Below, in pieces: positions 58,746 through 64,000 of a stretch of DNA of 64,000 nucleotides; position 1 is the first letter of the stretch; each line of letters begins with the position of its first letter. The notes below the pieces were generated by a model. That model saw only the letters and a program-made list of their open reading frames with translations, ran no database searches and had not been told where the DNA came from. Made by a program: the position numbers and the translations under genes. The stretch comes from Epiperipatus broadwayi (Eukaryota; Animalia; Onychophora): assembly GCA_028023455.1 (NCBI GenBank), contig JAQFVV010000006.1, positions 9,982,001 through 10,046,000 on the forward strand, given 5' to 3'.

Positions 58746-59574
58746 TAAATTATAGTAGATATTTGTTTTTAAAATATTTATTGTATTAATTATTGTATTG
58801 TTTTTCGAAGAATTATATATATTTGTTTATAATTGGAATACACACATTGATTACTAATTTATATATATATATATAACTAGATTCTGTTAAAATTTTTGAC
58901 TAAGAAGTGAAGCCTTCTTTAACAAATCAAAAAAATGAAGGCACATTCAAGTGATGGATTCAATAGGCAGCCAATAAATCCCTTGACTCCCCCCCACACC
59001 ACCCTTGGTTTTGCAAAAACAAAGTAGTTAAATATTACTCCTAATAAATATAGTATTTAAAGACTGACAGTATTAATAGATATTAATTTCAAATAATAAT
59101 TCTCATAGAATATATATATATATATTATCTACTAATAACCTATATAAGTATTAAGAGGGCAATTTTTGCAAGCTGAACTATTATTGATCTTGATTAAATA
59201 TTTTAAAACAAATTATTAGGTATGGAGTGTAGCCCTCATAAATCGTGCTCTCTTTGAACTCTTAAAATTAATATAATAATATAACAATTTAATGGAAAGT
59301 GAATATCATAAATTTGTCATTTTAATTAAAGTGTTATGAGAAAACTGCTATCACTTTTGGGAATTTCTTCATTGTTGCATATAAGTTACCATACACAGTT
59401 TTTTTTAGAGAAATCATTACTAAAGGTATTAGTTTAAAAAGATTCTGAAAATGTCAGTATTATATAGACATACAAAATTTGAATAGGAAACTGTGTTTAT
59501 ATAAAAGTGAATAAGCACAGACACACACAAGTGCTGTTTAATATTATTCTTTAAAATGTATATACAATCTCACA

Positions 59575-60278
59575 ATTATTCAAACAGAAGTCAATCTCCG
59601 ATATGCGCTATTTCTTAAATATAAATTTCCATGCACTTATCTGCCGATAAGAATTTAAAAGACTTAAGTGAATCACTTAAGTTTAGAGCATACATTCTAT
59701 ATTCACCAACTCTTATAGACCATGCTTAAATCAGGGCTTGAGTCTATTGTGTGTGTGATGTTATAATCAAATATTCAATTGTACAAATCTATCTAACCCA
59801 TCACAGGAGAAAGACAGTGTCTCATTTTTAACCACTTATGATTTAACAAATATGACTTATAAATATAAACCTATTATTACAAAGTGCTGAAAACGTTGAA
59901 ATTATTCAAATGGAAGTCAATCTATGATAATGCGCTATTTCTTAAATATTATAAATTTATAAGTCATGTTTGTCTAATCGTAGGTGGTTAAAAATGAGAC
60001 ATTGTCTTTATCCTGTGATCGGTTAAATAGATTTGTACAATTGAATATTTGATTATAACATCAGGCACACAATAAACTCAAGACCTGATTTAAGCATGAT
60101 CCGTAAGAGTTAATGTATATAAAATGTATGCTCTAAACAAGTGATTCACTTAAGTTTTTAAAACTCTTATCGGTGGGCGAGGGCATGAAAATTTATAATA
60201 TTTAAGAAATAACATATTTATCAGAGATTGACTTCCATCTGAATAATTTCAAAGTTTTCAGCACTTTATAATAATAGC
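59575..60278. mobile_element. Family E partial tandem plus inverted copy (related sequence at about 28535-28935)
   Basis: aattattcaaa..gaagtcaatct...atgcgctatttcttaaatat repeated directly at about 59575 and 59902, then a full inverted copy 59960-60278. Confidence 0.75.
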
Positions 60279-61639
60279 TATGCAACCTTACATATATAAT
60301 ACAATTAACTAATATGTAGTCTAACATTTGCAGCTATACTGTGGAGCTTGTCTCATGTCAGGTTTAATATATTAGCAGAACGACCACTCTTCCACTTTTA
60401 TTATGTGATAGCTTGCCTTGTATAAGATATAAATTCTAGAAGCTTTCAGTTCTAGCATGAAGTTGCCTTACTCCTTTAACATTATTGTGGTCAATGTTTG
60501 TACAGCTCTGACAGTTATTTGTTGTTGTCTGATTTGAGCTCTAAAAGACACATTTTACAGCCAGGTCACTTTCCTCATAGCTTGTGGATTTACTGAACAT
60601 CTTCACCTATTGACCTATTTTTCCTGTTGTTTATCTGTTCATTCATTTATTGATTAGTTATGATGTCAACTATATCTGACCAGTTCCATTGTTTGAATGT
60701 AAGATGTGATATGACAGAAGCAAGTAAACAAATACCACATTTAAATCTCAAACCCAACCCACAAAGCTTTCTTTGGATCTCCAAGTTTCTGATTGGTAGC
60801 CTATTGGATCTCAAGGCAAATTATGAGTGTTGTTTTGATTTAGTATTGCAAAAAGAAAAATTGTGTAATTTTCAATAATTTATTTCAGTATTTAAGCTTA
60901 TTTAGCAACATATTTATAAAATATTTATTTTAAACCAAAAAAACTATAAATGACCAATTGGATTTTATTTGAAAATATTTGTTTTTAAGAAGTTGTAAAA
61001 GGTTATGGTAATTATGGATAATTCCATAACCGGAAGCTTGCCAAAATTGTTTTTAAATTATTACTTTTCAGGGGCTTCCAATATGGCTGATTAGAAGCTG
61101 TTGTATTTAATATTTTGTTTTATTTTTTAATATTATTCTTAAATTACAAGAAATTACATCAAAGTATGAGAATCGATTGTAATTAAAATAAATTTTAATT
61201 TTATTTAAAATGCAGTATACAAAATACAATATATGGGGAAACAAGGTAATAAATATGGGTTATTCATGTCGGTGGATAGTAATCTCAAATAGTCTGCAAT
61301 ATTGCAACAAATGCATCTTCTCCATGAAGTCATCAACAAAAATTCCACTACATACGAATCCACGTGTTGTCATGTAGTTCCCTAATGCATGTTCATGTGG
61401 TCAATGGAAGATCACAAATTTTAATCATTTTGTCAAACTATTACAAAAACATGAACATGTTCACTAACAATTGTATGCTATCAAACATCACACACTCACC
61501 ATTTTTTATGCTTTCACGAGCTGTTTTTGACAGAGGCAAAACTTTCCATATGGTAGCATCACTCAGTGCAAGCCAGAGTAACGATGGAGTAAGAAAGGTT
61601 TGTGTATAAAATCTTTATCTATTGCCTACTCATCCAATA

Positions 61640-61681
61640 TCTCCAGACTAGTTTCTGGCTTGTGGCTATCATCAGTGAGGA
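61640..61681 (-). ncRNA. Type I hammerhead motif (family A)
   Basis: Minus: UCCUCA CUGAUGA U-AGC-CACAA-GCC-A GAAA CUAGUC UGGAGA. Confidence 0.7.
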
Positions 61682-61707
61682 GCCTTTGGATCTGAGAGCA
61701 CTGCTTT

Positions 61708-61748
61708 GTTCACTGATGAAAGCCACAAGCTAGAAACTAGTCTGGGGA
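61708..61748 (+). ncRNA. Type I hammerhead motif (family A)
   Basis: GUUCA CUGAUGA A-AGC-CACAA-GCU-A GAAA CUAGUC UGGGGA. Confidence 0.75.
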
Positions 61749-62155
61749 TATTGGATGGATAGGCAGTAGATAGGGATTTTATGAACCTTCGTGCATCCAT
61801 TGATTACTCTGACTTGCACTGAGTGGGGTTGCTGTGTGGAGAGTTTTATCTCTGTGAATCTTATGCTAAATGCAAAAAAGTCATGGCAATGTTTACAACA
61901 TGTTAACATTTCTATATCATAATCTATTTAAAAAAATAATTAACTAAATCTTGTGAATGGAATTTATAAGAGATTTAATATTTTTTAAATTTAAGTTACA
62001 CATGTTGGTAAAATAATTTTGAAAATAAAAAACAAATACTTCAATGCTCCCGAAAAGTGATAAATTAAAAAAAAAACTTTGCAAGATTCCAGTTACAGAA
62101 TTATCTGTAAATATCAAAATTTACTTATGTAACTTCTTCTTACTAGTTTGCAGAA

Positions 62156-62204
62156 ATGGCTACCATTGAACAAATTCTTTATGAAAATTTTAATATAGAT
62201 AAGT
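62156..62204 (+). CDS. Possible first coding exon of an unidentified downstream gene
   Basis: tttgcag|AAATGGCT...AAGT|gtaagt encoding MATIEQILYENFNIDK; strong splice sites but no recognised homology. Confidence 0.25.
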
Positions 62205-62652
62205 GTAAGTTTTATTTTTTGGTTATTTTATATCATTTCAATAAAAAAATGTTTATATTTTAAAAATGGAATAAAAATAAAAATATTTTGTTACAATCAT
62301 TTCATAATAGTCACTAAAACTATGCACCTAGATGCAACAGTAGTGACCTCTATAAATCTTAACACAAGATTAATGACTTTAAAAGACAAGAATGGCCACT
62401 CTTATCTTCGACCTACTGTCACATCTAGGTGCATAGTCTTAAGGTTATAGACTTAATATATAGTACTTACGTAATGAGTATGTACTTTATAAATTATTAA
62501 TTACAACTTTAAATAATCAATAAAGCAAGTCATATATAATGTGATATTGTTTTTATAAGCTTGTATTTACAAAAATGTAATACAAAGTGTACTAATAGCT
62601 CAAACAAGGTTTTTAAGTTGATATTTTAAATCTAGTGTCTGAATATTCTAGC

Positions 62653-62698
62653 TCCTCACTGAGGTGAGCCGTAAGTTCGAAACCAATTTGTCTAGGGA
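62653..62698 (+). ncRNA. Type I hammerhead motif (family C) with a looped helix III
   Basis: UCCUCA CUGAGG-U-GAGC-CGUAA-GUUC GAAAC CAAUUU GUC UAGGGA; one core A appears to be missing. Confidence 0.55.
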
Positions 62699-63124
62699 TA
62701 AGAATGTTCTGATAGAGATTTTAAATATTTTCTCTTACTGCACTTATCAATTAATCATTTCATAAATAGGTAAATTTTGTTACTGTTAAGTATTTATTTT
62801 ATTGCTTCATTTTCATATTTTGCAAATTTCAAATATTCACTTCTAGTATGTCTATCATTTGAAAATATACATTAATAATAAGTAATATATAGATTATCAA
62901 TATATGATATAGAAAAAAAGGTTTAATTGTAAAAACACAATTTTGCAGGTAAGAATGAAGTTGTTACCAGGATCTTTCGAATAAGAGAAGGGTTTGGACC
63001 TCAATAGGGTTAAATCATTAACTCTAATTTACACAATATTAGTTTAAAATAACTAGGAAAAATATTAACCAAGAAATCAATGGTGAAATAGAGAATAATA
63101 TGAGCCTATATTATTATCAAAAAC

Positions 63125-63413
63125 AAAAGTATACAAGTGAGAGAACGAATAGATGTTACTGACATCATTGAAAGAATTAAAAGACTGGAGTTGGGCTGGA
63201 CATGTTGCTAGAAGAGATGATAGTAGATGGACAGTTGCAATGTTAACCAGGGTCCAAGAGATTGTAAAATACCTAGAAAGAGGCCATGTGTGAGATGGAT
63301 GTAATAATTGTACTGTAGTGATGTGGAGAAGAAAGACTAAAGATTGATGAAGATGGATTGAACTTGGAAAGACCTTTATCCTGCAGAGATTGAAAATGAC
63401 GATGGTGATGGGT
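63125..63413 (+). mobile_element. RTE LINE 3' fragment
   Basis: ttgggctggacatgttgctagaagagatgat (WAGHVARRDD) through gacctttatcctgcag, then a gatgacgatggtgatg tail. Confidence 0.85.
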
Positions 63414-64000
63414 GTATAAGTAAAACAAAGTGCATTTTAGAATATAAATAAAGCTCATGAAATGGTTATACAAATTAAAATGACTTTGATATAATTATCT
63501 TGGATCAGTCTTTATGCAGCCGTCAGCAAAGGTCATCAGTAATAGTAAACAAATTATTTTATTTACGTATTATTTTTTATAATTTTAAACAGTTCTGTAT
63601 TGAAATTCAACATTTAAGTTGGTGTCACCTATGTTCTTTAATCAATTTTGTTCCTTTAGTCACAATCAGATTTTCACTTATATTTGAACTATTTAATTTG
63701 ACATCATCAGTTTTCTATGTATTTGGAATATACACCATTGGTAGCTGTAGATTTTTATATGGTTGGCATCTGGTTGATTTAATTTTAGCTACTTCAAGCA
63801 TTAAAAACATTCCGATAAGCTGGTTCTTTATACTTAGAAAGGAGTTTCTAGATGTAAACTAACAATGCACAGAATGTTCAGTGTATTGAAATGGTTTGGG
63901 AAATAAATGAAGATACTTGTATGTGTGTGTGTTCACATCTGACCAATGCAAAAGATATTGTAGTCATTATTCGGAAGAGGTAAATTATGCAAAGCACAAG

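Larger units (their letters stand above)
58150..58821 (-). mobile_element. 5'-truncated Penelope-like element with inverted pseudo-LTR, inserted in (AT)n
   Basis: Near-identical inverted repeats of about 140 bp (58150-58292, 58682-58821), each with an HHR motif, flank a GIY-YIG fragment; the sense pLTR follows the ORF end. Confidence 0.85.
61483..61861. mobile_element. Family A HHR element, fold-back with two intact-looking cores
   Basis: Inverted arms; possible TSD TATGCTA (61474-80, 61862-68). Confidence 0.88.

Noticed and set aside
18233-61609. Short ORFs arising inside family A copies (18233, 28096, 43835, 55008, 55474, 61364) and other 60-110 aa ORFs with alternative starts
   Set aside because: Frames and stops are not conserved between repeat copies; expected by chance.

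Overview
Very AT-rich eukaryotic (probably invertebrate) genomic DNA; the organism cannot be assigned from sequence alone. The + strand carries the last seven coding exons of an SLC5A/SGLT-type sodium-glucose cotransporter gene (170-40862, GT-AG introns up to about 19.6 kb). Almost everything else is transposon-derived: one intact-ORF RTE LINE (34839-37751, minus) plus fragments, a hAT/Buster deletion derivative with an 8-bp TSD, a mariner remnant, two Merlin-like TIR elements, two decayed Gypsy LTR elements, tRNA-derived SINEs, a Helentron/DINE-like element, a hairpin minisatellite and a possible Polinton remnant. The most notable signal is about 30 type I hammerhead-ribozyme (HHR) motifs, counted by eye, in at least six repeat families. 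Most of these families are inserted as tail-out inverted fold-backs or partial tandems, some with 11-13 bp TSDs. One copy (58150-58821) keeps a Penelope-type GIY-YIG endonuclease fragment, which ties the architecture to Penelope-like elements (PLEs). The dominant family A is a roughly 445-nt non-coding element present at 10 loci. Its HHR has a palindromic helix III (ACUAGU), a covarying helix II and a non-canonical A.A (or U-A) at positions 10.1/11.1. HHRs in PLEs are established biology; this family and core variant may be undescribed. All alignments and counts were done by eye and need computational confirmation.
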